DNA of 61,914 nucleotides, the filler included, from Circinaria calcarea (lineage: Eukaryota), in NCBI GenBank assembly GCA_051942165.1. It is 20 parts of 20 records of this genome, joined end to end, with 100 filler letters (N's around TTAATTAATTAA, not from the genome) between each part and the next. Parts side by side here need not be neighbours in the genome. Positions count along the whole stretch, not along the records: positions 12,444 to 15,450 come from JAVECS010003103.1; positions 15,551 to 18,556 come from JAVECS010003104.1; positions 18,657 to 21,662 come from JAVECS010003105.1; positions 21,763 to 24,767 come from JAVECS010003106.1; 16 more parts are not named here. The stretch is one strand, 5' to 3'. The notes under the pieces were generated by a model that saw only the letters and a list, made by a program, of their open reading frames with translations, made no database searches and was not told the origin of the DNA. Both the position numbers and the translations under genes were made by a program. Below are positions 12,444 to 24,724 of this stretch, one piece after another. Every line of letters begins with the position of its first letter. Within the stretch, counting starts at the first letter, position 1.

Positions 12444-14536
12444 ACCGACCCAAGCAAAACGGGTAAAGCCAATTGTACCTGCAATACCGCGAGCGCTCGA
12501 GAGAAGACCAAAGAAAGATAACGTGAAAACCTCACCGACCTTGGATGTCTCCACACAACAAGTAGAGCAAGGTTCCGTTAGGCCCCAGGCAAACTCGTCA
12601 GGGAAAGCTCCAGTGCCAGATGGTAGATCTGATTACCGGGGATTCTCTTTCCTGGCGGAAGATCGAGGGCTGGATCTTGATCTAGGGGCACTGAAGATCG
12701 AAGATGACGAATCCACGGGTAAGCCTCCGTTCTCATAGCATTCTGTTGTCTGTTGGCATTGTCTATGGAGGGAACTTCCACGACTTCGTTAACCGCCCAG
12801 CTGACTGCTTTACAGCCAGCCGAGCTTCACCTAGCAAACGTAGTACCCAAGATTTCGGAATCGAGAGGCATGGCTTTCAGCTACCTCCTCCCTTTTACCC
12901 GGCACACTCTCGGCATATTGCCGAGTCGGCGACTTTACTAGAGGCTGAGGAGCGTGGCCGATCTCATACATCATTCACCTTCTCGCAGCCTTTCGACTAT
13001 GGCATCAGATTCGGAGGGCACGTGGAGTCTGATCAATCATCTCCGACTCTTCCACCGTCTGCCATATCAACCGCCTTTCCTCAACCCACGCCACCAAGCG
13101 ATGTGACATCTTCCCCAAATCATTCCGCTTACCAGGGCTATGGTCATGTGCACCATCCTTCCGTGTCATCACTACCATCAAACCCCACATCCCAGCCACA
13201 TAAATATCCTGACGGGCAACCGATGTTTGTACCCCTGGACTATAGTTACGATGCGGATCCAGTGTCATATAAGCACTCAACACCATACATAACCAACAGC
13301 AGTCAACAACCATTTGAACCTTCGGCAACTTTCTTTAGAGACCAGCCTGCACAATACTTACCTCCAACGCAAGACTCCCTACCAGCCACTCAGCATGGCG
13401 TTGGCGAATGTTTAATCGAGCCTGCCGAGACCATTCAACATAACACTAACGGGACCTTCTTGACGGCGTTAACGTCACATCTATCGCAGCATTTTGATTA
13501 TCCGGAATATGCCGACTGCGAGCTGGAAATACATGTCTGCGACGAATCTGCAGAGTTGAAGCTACATGCCTTATTGATAGGTCGCAGTCCGACTATGCGT
13601 GGTCTATTCGATTCTGCAACGGGCCCATCTGAAACTGGGAGAACTCGTCTTTCTCTTTCCACCTTCGATGGCTTTGTTACTGTCCCGGCAATTGTCTCCG
13701 CTCTTCGGGTTTGCTACGGACAGCCTCCTTCAGATGGTCTTTGCTCAAGTCTCTCCGATGGTCCAAATACCCTAGGCTGGACAGGTGGCTTGCAATCCAA
13801 CGAAGCAAGTCTTACGTATCGCACAGATTCCGCGCTTGCCTATTTTGCAGCAGGCCATTTGCTACAATTACACGAGGTTTGCTCCTGTGCCATCCCAACC
13901 ATTGAGAATTGTCTAGCGTATGAAACGCTAGAAAAAATCCTATCTTTTGCTATTGATGGATTTACGTATCCTATCGACGAGACATCACATCGCAACCCTT
14001 CCAACAGGGACGAAAGGGAGGACCTAATTACTCTTGGTCGTCTGTCATACGCACCTTACTCAGGATTTGTCCTGATAGCAGCAGTCCATTTCATTGTTGT
14101 AAACTTCCCTATTTCTTTTGTTCTTGACACATCGGCTCCCACTTTCATGAGCCTAAATCAATTCCCGGTAACAGAGAGCCCTTCTTCGCGCGTTCGCCCT
14201 CCGAAATCGAGATTGAGCAGTATTAGATTTGGCGATTTCCCTTTGGAAACCTTAGAGCTACCGAAGGAAGAAGATACCATACTTTCAAGCACCTTCTTTT
14301 CTATTCCCTTCCTTGTCTTGATGCATATTCTGGACGGCTTGGGTGATTCAATGAAGCAGCGGATCTTGCGACCTGTCATTGAAGAGAGGGAGAGGAGACG
14401 CCTGCTTGTATCACAGAAGCGGAAAGCCTCAGAAGTTGAGGAAGAGTGCGGCATATGGATCAACGGTAGTTGGGAAGAGTATATTGTAGGTACAGAACCC
14501 AATCTGACGGCTACCAGACGTTGGCTTGGTGCTTGA
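12444..14536 (+). CDS. Fungal hypothetical protein with low-complexity N-terminus and BTB/POZ-like domain (5' truncated)
   Basis: Exon to ~12718, intron GTAAGC...CTGAC...CAG (~12719-12815), then a long exon to 14536. HFDYPEYADCELEI...LKLHALLIGRSPTMRGL resembles the start of a BTB domain. Confidence 0.7.
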
Positions 14537-15550
14537 AACAAAATGGGAAGTTAAGCTTTATAGAGGGCGTGGTTTGGGATGGGAAAAAATGTGACAACTG
14601 GGTATGCCTTGTGGACTTGGTACTTGCAGTTTGAACGTGGGGCATTGCTGCGTATCTGGCATTGCATGGGAGCACGGGGGATGGAACCACGTAGATATGG
14701 AGCATTAATGAGAACTCGAAGGTATTGCAACCGATAATGAAGCTATTTCGGATGGAACTTCTTTGGCAACTGAATGGTTGTCAAATGACAAAGGGTCCCC
14801 AATAGCTGAGCAATAAGGTCCTCCCTATAGCAGAGGCTGTTTAACAGGGAAAAGGACGGTAACGGGAGCCGATGGAGATATAAATGAGTGGAAACTGCTC
14901 TGTAGGGAGCAGGTTTCCCCCTTTTGGACTTGTAGCCCCCCAGCTGGATAGCGGGCCGTCTGTATTCCGTGCGCTGTGCGTGATCCTCCGGTCACCGCCA
15001 GCGCTTGGTGAAAAAACCGCCGGCAATCTCGTCTGAAGACACGCGACAAACGACAGACGCTCATCCAAATGTTGGTAAACAAATACCAACGCAAAGATGG
15101 ATGACCCCCTTGTTCCGATCGGGAACAAACGCAAGCATACTCCAAGGAAAAAGTCTCAGGCTTTTACAGCTGCGCGCGATGCGGCAACCAAAGCTTTGTA
15201 AGCCTTACCCTTTGTCCAGAGCAGCCGCGAGTTTGGATCAGCGGCAATGATGCGTGCAAATTGCCGCCAAGCGCTACCGCTGGCCAGGGATGTGAAGGGT
15301 CTCCAGCAGGCACTAATGCAATATGCCCTATAGGATTCAGCAGAACGCTCAACACTCCCCTATCTTCAAGCTACCTCCAGAAGTCCGCAACCGAATCTGG
15401 TGGTATGTGTTTGGAGGGCAATTCGTCCATATATCGTACATCAAAGCGGCNNNNNNNNNNNNNNNNNNNNNNNNNNNNNNNNNNNNNNNNNNNNTTAATT
15501 AATTAANNNNNNNNNNNNNNNNNNNNNNNNNNNNNNNNNNNNNNNNNNNN

Positions 15551-15916
15551 GGATGATCTGCGAATTCCAAATATGCGTTTTTAGGTTCACTTAGAAGTAC
15601 AGCACAATTAATTAGCTATGAATTAATTTTAAGTAGTGCAATATTACTAGTTATATTGTTAACAGGTAGCTTAAATTTAACTGTTAATATCGAAGCTCAA
15701 AGAGCAATTTGATTTATAGTACCCTTATTACCTATTTTCATAATATTCTTCATAGGTTCCATTGCAGAAACAAATAGAGCCCCCTTTGATTTAGCGGAAG
15801 CAGAATCTGAACTAGTTAGTGGTTTTATGACAGGACATCCCGCAGTTATATTTGTATTTTTCTTTTTGGCTGAATATGCAAGTATTCTACTTATCTGTAT
15901 CTTAACTTCGACATAG
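15551..15916 (+). pseudogene. nad1: nad1 fragment, prematurely terminated
   Basis: Code 4: [24 protein letters not shown]...[28 protein letters not shown]...ILTST*. The conserved FMTEH is altered to FMTGH, and homology ends at the palindrome cttcgac-ata-gtcgaag. Confidence 0.85.
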
Positions 15917-15987
15917 TCGAAGCAGTTAGGCTGTAATTATTATTATTATTTTCTTAATACTGTGCTTTTGTATATTTATTATAAATA

Positions 15988-16165
15988 TACAACAGTTATT
16001 ACTAATTTAATAACTAGTGGCCTTTGATGAATAGAACAAGGCATAAAAGGGTTTATTTGAGGTGGGTTTAGTGTTAACAATGCTACTTTAAATAGATTTT
16101 TTGCTTATATTTTGTATTACCTTTTATTTTAGCAGCTTTGGTTTTAATACACTTAATTGCACTAC
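15988..16165 (+). pseudogene. cob: cob fragment, degenerate
   Basis: TVITNL...FIWGGFSVNNATLNRFFA..FVLPFILAALVLIHLIAL with frameshifts and substitutions. Confidence 0.85.
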
Positions 16166-16869
16166 GTACAGAAGATTTTCCTTTTATATTATGTTATATC
16201 ATTTTTCTTCCTTTTTATATACAAAGCATGTATATCTTTAGAAGACTAAAAATTATAAATAACACTGGCGTATAAATTAATAAAATTTATTAGTAATATC
16301 CTTAAAGGATATACTTAACTTAGTTTTTAGTAATAATAATATTTTCACAATTATAGAAATATCTAACTTTATTAGTTAAGAACTAAGATGCTAAATTTTA
16401 AACGTAATAAAATAAACAAATGAAAGTTTAAGCCTATTATCCTTTTCATTTTATTGCTGTATTATTACTTTAGTTGGTTTGTTAATTATTCTTTATTTTT
16501 TTAACCAAAAAATTGGTTCAGAGTAGTTTGGATTTTTATGGATACTATTTAAACAATTGCTCCTAAAACAAAAATGAGCAATCATGTGTATAATAGATTA
16601 GTAGCTAGGTAACTGGTGAGGGTGGGTCAGGGGGATCTAATTCTTAAAATAAAAGGTTTAAATACTAGTTTATTATAAGTAAATATAAATCCTTTTTTTA
16701 ATCTAAAGGAATAATAACTTTAGATTATTCCCCTAAAATATAGGTATAGTCTCTTTTGGATTTGTTTGTTCCACAATAACTTTCTGTTTAATTTTTTTTT
16801 TCTGGATGTCATTGCTTTGTTAATTAAACCTTTTCCTTTCATAAAGTTTAGACTATCTACCATTTCTAA

Positions 16870-17277
<408 letters not shown>

Positions 17278-17359
17278 AAGAAAGCTAAAAATAAAACTCT
17301 CGAAACTAGAAAAAGAGCTTATAAAGTTCTAACTAAGATATAACACCTCTTGTAATTAT

Positions 17360-17430
17360 TTCCTATTAGCTCAATGGCAGAGCAGGATACTTCTAATATC
17401 TAGATTTAAGTTCGAGACTTAAATAGGAAT
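17360..17430 (+). tRNA. trnR: Mitochondrial-type tRNA-Arg(UCU)
   Basis: Acceptor stem TTCCTAT/ATAGGAA, D arm GCTC-AATGGCA-GAGC, anticodon arm GGATA-CTTCTAA-TATCT, T arm TTAAG-TTCGAGA-CTTAA. Confidence 0.9.
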
Positions 17431-18656
17431 ATCATCATACTCTTGCATCAAGAGTAATTAAATAGTATTAAATCTATTTTTATATAAATAACTTTTATTA
17501 ATTTTATAAATCGCCATCATTGATGTGTAATATTATTACACATTAAAACCTAATGGTTTAGAAGTGATCTATCTAAAAGATTCTAAAGTATAACTTTCTA
17601 TTTTAAGAAAGGGTAAACTGATAAAGAAACTCTCCGCAAAAAATAATCTAAAAAATATAATAAATAAAAATTATTTCATTCTCATTTAATATCTTTTTAA
17701 ACCCAGTTAAACAAATTGAACTTAGTAACTTACCTGTAGATATTAATTCAATATTAAATAGCAATATAGTTATTAGGTTTTCTTATCCCGACTTAGTGAT
17801 ATTAGTAATCAATTAAGTGGTTACTTCGAAAACTTTACAATTTTTAGTAATATATCTACCAAGATTAACTTGATATCTGAATCAAATTATCATTTTAATC
17901 GTTACAATAATATTATGGGTAGTAATAATTGCAGTGAAGTGGTTCTATCCATACTCTAAAAGAGTGGAATTAGTAACAATTACCATATTTATCATAGTAA
18001 AATAGAACCCTCTAGACACTTTTTAACTACAAATCCTCATCTAATAAGAGCATTTTTCCCAATTATCTATTGTATTATTAATAGCAACATGGTTAAGCTT
18101 AGTAAAATAGTACTAGCAGTTGGAACTATGTTATCTTCTTACGGAAAGAACATTAATGTTATAAATAAGATAGTTATGTTGTCTTCTTTTGGTTTTTTTA
18201 TACTTTTTTTTTATACTTTTTTTTTATAAAAAAAAAAGTATAAAAAAGTCCAAGAAAAAAAAAATAAAAAACTTTTCAAGATGTCTTTATTCATAACCAA
18301 TTTAGAGTCTTGTTTAGTAAAAGCTAACCTTGTTGAAACCATTGCAAGGCTGACCCCGCACAGCTATGAGGGCAAGCATGTGGATACCCAGTTTACATCA
18401 CCTTGTAACTTAAAGACACAAAGTTTCCTAATCTGAATCGGCTGGTTTCCGAACAGGAGGGCATGGGTCTATTATGACAAAAACAAAAATAAATTTAAAC
18501 AACATTATATATAGCTACACTTGCGTTAAAACAAATGCTACTACTCGCCTTCATTTNNNNNNNNNNNNNNNNNNNNNNNNNNNNNNNNNNNNNNNNNNNN
18601 TTAATTAATTAANNNNNNNNNNNNNNNNNNNNNNNNNNNNNNNNNNNNNNNNNNNN

Positions 18657-19293
18657 AAACCCTGGCGGAAACGACGGCATCGAGCACGCCAGCCCTCCAG
18701 CCCTCCAATCCCGCATCCTGATTCTCTCCGTCAGCGGCGACCTCGCGGCACAGTACATCCCGCTCATGAACTGTATCTTCGCATCCCAGCGCCTTGGTAT
18801 CCCAATCGACATCTGCAAGATCGCCGGCGACACCGTGTTCCTCCAGCAAGCCTCGGACGCCACGCACGGGACTTACATCAAGCTCGAGAACCCGCAGGGA
18901 CTGCTGCAGTACCTGATGATGGCTTTCCTGCCGGACCAGACCAGCCGGAGGAGCTTGATCAGCCCGACGCAGGTGGGAGTGGATTTCCGCGCGGCGTGTT
19001 TCTGCCACAGGAGGGTCGTGGATGTGGGGTTCGTGTGCAGTATCTGTCTGAGCAGTATGTACCCTTGTCCTCCTTTTCAATCTCCCACCTACGTGTCTCA
19101 CGCTTTGGGGACCTGACCCGATGAACCAGTCTTCTGCTCCCCGCCTGAAGGCGCAATCTGCCTCACGTGCGGCACGCATCTCCGACTGGGAGAGTACGGC
19201 GGGAAACCAGCCGTGGTGCCGAAGAAGAAGAAGAAACGGAAAAACCGAATCGAGGGTGAAGGCAGGGCGTCCAGTACACCGGGTCCGAGCTAA
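18657..19293 (+). CDS. TFB4: TFIIH subunit Tfb4/p34, 3' part
   Basis: QYIPLMNCIFASQRLGIPIDIC...FLQQASDATHGTY...VDFRAACFCHRRVVDVGFVCSICLS, intron ~19056-19129, then FCSPPEGAICLTCGT zinc finger; TAA at 19291-19293. Confidence 0.95.
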
Positions 19294-19679
19294 GGAATAT
19301 CTATCGCCTTTTTTTTTTGGGACATTGTCAATTTCACAATTTAGATGAAAACCCTACAACGCCACGTCAATTGTCAGTCCCAGTTTATATAGAAAGCCAT
19401 ATCACCAGTGAACCAGCATGTGAATTGGGGAAAGACATAATTTAAATTCTATGAGTAAACCCTTCTATCAACCGGAAGAGCCCATGTCCGCTCAATTCCA
19501 CTCCAAGACCCCATAGGGAGGAAAACCCCACTGGGGGGCCCTGCAAGAGTCAAAGAAAGCCCCTTGGGCCATCGCCATCGATCGTACCGCCCAATACCAT
19601 CTCGTCCCAGCTACGACTAGCGTAGCGAAAACCTCACGCCAAGAGTAGACGAAAAGCCCCCCGGGACTGCTAATTCCCC

Positions 19680-21662
19680 TTACCTACACGCACCCCCTAT
19701 AGAAATCCCCGCCGCGGACCCGATGTTGGCACCGCTGAAACCACTGTACCCCGAATAACCAAGGCTAGACGCGTGGTTCCTCTTCCGCCTCTTCCCGCCC
19801 TGCGTGCCCTCGTCGCATTCCGATACGTCTTGCAGTTGCGACTTGTACATGCCTAGCGAGCGGGCGCCTGTAGTCACGAGGTTATTGCCTGCTACCGTGA
19901 GATTAGCAATCGGGCCTTGTAGGTTGTAATGGATCGGCTGGCTATACTTTTTCCGCGCGACATGACGCACGTGGGACGGTCCTCCCCGGAGTGCATCGAG
20001 GCGATGGCCTATGTCAAAATGTTAGCTTTCTTTCATCGGAATCCCTGAATCTCCGTGGATCTTACAAAGGAATCGGTATTGTGCGCAAAGTGAAGCCAGA
20101 CGCCTTCGTTGGACTTCTTCACGGCCATGACTCCAATGGCTCCAGCTGAATGGCTGTTCTTGACAGAGGGATGGCCTGGAAATCGCGAGGTTTAGCAAAT
20201 TTTATACCACAGCCCGGGAGAATGATTCATTAGAGCTTACCCATAAAGTCTTTTTGAACGAAAGACTGAATCGCCTCTTCTTCATTCGCATGTACGCTTT
20301 TGCCATCCTTCCCTTTTCGATGATTGAAGTATAAGCGTGAAGCACATGTACTTGCAGCCATGGTCGTTGCCATGTGTTCTCCGGTTCCACTGGTAACCGC
20401 TGCAACGCATGTTTTGTGTTTGTCGTCCGGCTCTACAGGTATAACAGCTGTGCCGATGCCTACCAACGCAGCTGGTCCGGCACGGCCTTTATGCTTCATG
20501 CCGATGCCTCCTGAAGAAGAAGCAGCAGCAATGTTTCCAAAACAATCGATCGCTATGGCTCCTACTGTATCGGTAATGTTGTCATCCATGGCATCCCTCC
20601 TTTCTAAGGGCAGAGGTTCAATAGGAAGATTTGAAGGTATAACCAATCGCAGAGGAGTGCTGTGCTCAGGAGACACTGACGTACTATCCATCGAAGACGA
20701 CCGACTCGTATCCTTCCCGGAAGGACCCCGGCTGGCTAAAGAAGTCATACGTATAGATGTCGTCCACCGAGGGTCAGTATCAATGAAGCTGTCATCGTCC
20801 ATATCATCCATGTCCTCGCTGCCGGGGCTGTGAGAGCGCTGGGACGTTTCACCATCGTTACCTTGTTGGCTAAATCGCAATCGTCCCCCTTGATGTCCTA
20901 CCAATGAGGCAGATATATCAAACGGAGGGGGTGTGTTAGGAGCTCCAAATTTCGTGAGATCCGGTGTAGCGCTTGGTGTGTCTGCAGAAGATTCTCTTAG
21001 AGGTCGACACTGTGGCGGAATACTGCCAGACTCACTATCATTCGACGATCCAGCGGTAGTCAACTGAGGCGAATATGGCTGACTTTCGTTCCATACACCT
21101 GCCATTACAGGACTAATGGGAGGAGAAGGTCGTTTATCTTGGAGCTGGTCCTTTTCGTCTGTTTCTGAGTCGTCAGATTTCGCCGCATCGCTTTCACCAG
21201 TCGCCTCCTCCTTTGCCTGTTTGAGATCTCTTTGCCATCTAAGCCATCGATCCCGAGCCCCAGCCGAGACGAGATAGTCATGAGGTAGAACTGGCATACC
21301 CTGTTCAAAGGCGAATTCGGTGGCGCCTTGGCCGACAAGAAGGTTAGGGGGAACTCTACGTAAAGACAGAGGTTTGGTAGACTGTTCCAGAACGAGGCGA
21401 GCTAAATGAATGGGATTGAGTATTTCTTGAATATGTTAGTAAAGCTGAGTCCGGAACATGGATGCCAGGAAAAGGAGAGAAACGGCTCACGTCCAACGGC
21501 ACCTACGGCACCACTTCGCCCAAAGTGATCGACAATGGTCGCATCGCATTCAACCGTCCCATCCATTGCTAAATTACTCCCATATCCCGCGTTTGTAATC
21601 TCGCGATCCTCGAGGACTGTGATGGCCATCTCCACAGCGTCCACAGCGCTCCCGCCGTTCTT
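19680..21662 (-). CDS. Taspase-1-like threonine aspartase (type 2 asparaginase family), 5' truncated, multi-exon
   Basis: AVEMAITVLEDREITNAGYGSNLAMDGTVECDA; ITD/TVGAIAID (nucleophile Thr); SSGGIGMKHKGRAGPAALVGIG; TSGTGE; FAHNTDSF. The last exon boundary is inferred. Confidence 0.9.
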
Positions 21663-21762
21663 NNNNNNNNNNNNNNNNNNNNNNNNNNNNNNNNNNNNNN
21701 NNNNNNTTAATTAATTAANNNNNNNNNNNNNNNNNNNNNNNNNNNNNNNNNNNNNNNNNNNN

Positions 21763-23786
21763 TCAAGTGTATTCTGCCACATTCGTGACACCGAGTCTAG
21801 GGCTGCAATAGCAGAGGGCTCAAAGGTTTCGTACGTGTATGCAGAGGGAGCCAAAGGAGGAAGTGCCAAAGAAGTCAGAGTCGAGCAAGCGATGGAGGAG
21901 GACGAAAATACACGAGAATTGGGAACAGTAAAGGTACGATGGCTCATATATCTTCCCAAATACATAACTCACCACGTAATTACTAGAGATACAACGCGGA
22001 GAAGGGTTTCGCCTTTATCGGTCGCGCTTCGGGCGGGGACGAGTAGGGGTGACGTCTCTTACCTGATATAGACAGCGAGGCTAACAACATACACTCAGTG
22101 CGTTCGCCCACAAGAGAGACTTTGACGGAAAGGACTTCGTCGTGGGACAGACAGTGTCTTTTGTGTTTGAACAGGGCCAGAAAGGCGCCGCAGCCAAGAA
22201 AATTCGTGAGGAGGAGGGATCGTTTGCAGAACAAACCCAGGAAGACGAAGGTGAGCGTGAGTTTGGAACGGTCAAGGTAGGGTCTCGGTCTGAATATTGT
22301 TTAAATGAATCATTGCTGATACGTTCCCAGTCTTACAATACAGAGAAGGGATTTGCCTTCATTGGCCGTAGTATCGGAGGAGATGAGTACGCATTCCTCT
22401 CTACCCGATATCGTGCAACTCTTATGCCGCTGACCTTGGATTGTTAGCCTGTTCGCCCATAAGAAAGATTTTGGGAGTGTCGAACCCCGCGTTGGACAAC
22501 CAGTCTCGTTTATTGTGGAAGCTGGTGACAAAGGTGATAGCGCAAAGAAGATCCGTGAGGAGGATAGTATCCCAGAAGTAGCTTTATCGGACGAGGGTCG
22601 CGAGTTCGGCACTGTCAAAGTAAATTACTTTGTCTGCATAGCCTATCAATGCATCACGGCTGACGACTGCAGACTTGGGTGGAAGATAAAGGCTTCGGGT
22701 TTATTGCTAGGAAGAATGGAGGCGACGAGTGAGTGGACCTTGTTCATGTCAGCTGAGAACGAACGTACTAATCTTGATAAAATCAATCTAGCTGTTATAT
22801 CCATTCTAAGCAGTGCAACGGCTTGACCATGGAGAAAGGCATGTGTGTCTCCTTCGTCTATGAAGACGGTGATAAGGGCCCATCGGCAAAAGACATCCGC
22901 AAGGAAGATCCGGAGCGGGTCGCTCGAGTTACCGCTAAGAAGGTGTATGGGAGAGTCGAGGTACGTCGTCTTTGATGGGTTGATATTCCCTGTATTTACC
23001 TCTCGTTTGTATCTAAATTCATGTTAGAATTACTTTGATCCTACCAAGGATAAGCCTGAGAATGGCTTCGGGTTCATTGTTCCGCTTGATCCTCCAAAAT
23101 ACGGCGCAGCTAAAAAGTAAGGGTCACAAGTCAAGTCCCAAGGTACTGAACTACAGTACTAATCACTAGATAGGTACTATTTTCACAAGTCCAACATTGT
23201 AACTCCTGATCATCGCGGCGGCTTGTATCCTGATGACGTGGTCTCCTTCATTGTCATTGCTGCTAAGAAGGGCTTTCAAGCTGCTGCAGTCACGAAAGAG
23301 GAACCTCCGAAGCCGCAACCCAAACCCATTGAGACGTCGATGGCTAATCTAAAGGTCGATGATACTGCTACTGCTGGAGACGGTTGGAGCAACAATGTGA
23401 CTACCGATCCAACTACGGCTGCAGATGGTGGATGGGGAGACGAAGCCACCGAGCTCAAAGCAGGTGGTGGATGGGGTGAAGATGTCACGGACGCGACGGC
23501 CAACGATGGATGGGGCAACGATGCTACAGAGACAAAGGCAGATGATGGTTGGGGAGACGATACTGCAGAAACAAAAGGAGATGATGATTGGGGAAATGAC
23601 ACCACAGACACGAATGCCAATGACAGCTGGGGCAACAATGCCGCCGATTCGCAGGCAGACCATGATGGCTGGGGCGATGACTCCGCTCCTACCACCCAGA
23701 AAGAAAACCAACCACCGGCTAAACAAGCCCCCAAAAAGGAGCCTCAGCCACCCGAAGGTGATTGGGGCTCCAACAGTACATGGTAG
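21763..23786 (+). CDS. Multi cold-shock-domain protein (at least 5 CSDs) with acidic GW/WG-repeat tail, 5' truncated, 8 introns
   Basis: Spliced repeats: VFCH...VSYVYAEGAKGGSAKEV; GTVK/RYNAEKGFAFI..AFAH; GTVK/SYNTEKGFAFI..LFAH; GTVK/TWVEDKGFGFI..CYIH; GRVE/NYF..NGFGFI..YYFHKSNI...VSFIVIAAKKGFQAAAV. These are the RNP1 (KGFGFI) and RNP2 (VFVH) motifs of cold-shock domains. Confidence 0.92.
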
Positions 23787-24580
23787 GTGACGTGGCCAGA
23801 GAAACGAGGGACAACACGGACACTTATTTCATTGATTGCAACAGGCTCGCTAGCCGGGCCATATGGGATCGCTAATTACCGGCTTTGCCCCTCATGACCT
23901 GCTACTGTATGGATGGATGCTGTCGTTTGGCAAAGACTGTAAGATAGTGGTAGCATAGCATCTAATCAAGAAAAACTCTCCTGATTGCATGAAGAACCCG
24001 AGGTAAAAGATTCCCGGGATGGGGGTTTGCTGTGTTGTATTATTTGTGACATTGCCTTGTAGTGTAAAACAGGAACCCAAATTTTCTGCCGCGCTGCTCC
24101 TACTCCAGCTCCGCCTCCGTACAAACCTCCTACCCCTATTTCATGCGTATCTACATATATACACCCATGAAAAACAGCGGTTCCCTCGCCCTTTCCCCTC
24201 CTCCCAAGAATACCCAAAAAATGTTTCCCCTCCGTTTTCCCACTCAAGGGTGTCAGCGGTGTGAGCGGTGTTTCCTTACAGGGGAAAAAGCTCGAAACGC
24301 TTTTTCCCAAGTTTTCAACCCCTTAAGCTGTCAAACTCTCAACTAAAACTTTCCAACTAAACCTAAACCTAAACCCAAACCCAAACCAAACCGAACGAAA
24401 GGCAAGGAAAGGAAGAGATAAAGAGGGAGGGAGGGAGTAACTTGCCATGTAGCCTTAGCCTTTGGGTGTGAGCTAAGCCACCCAACTTTTTTGAATAAGT
24501 GAAATAATTGGAAATAAAAATAGAAAATAAAAAATAAGAAAGGGGTAGGGATCAGAGGCGCCGGTAGTCCGGACTATGAA

Positions 24581-24724
24581 CTGACAGTCCAGCTTAACAG
24601 TCCGAAGACTGGGAAACATATATGCACGTAGCAGAAATTGGCACGTGCGTATATGTTTCCCAGTCAACGCCTTGTTTACCTGCAATTTCCACATATGTTG
24701 TGGACTGTTAAGCTGGACTATCAG
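24581..24724. repeat. Nested inverted repeats (MITE-like or structured element)
   Basis: Outer arms 24581-24603 and 24702-24724 (22 of 23 complementary); inner arms 24607-24629 and 24643-24665. Confidence 0.8.

Noticed and set aside
21763..23300. Bacterial cspA operon contamination
   Set aside because: The CSD repeats are interrupted by GT-AG introns with fungal branch sites and fused in one reading frame.
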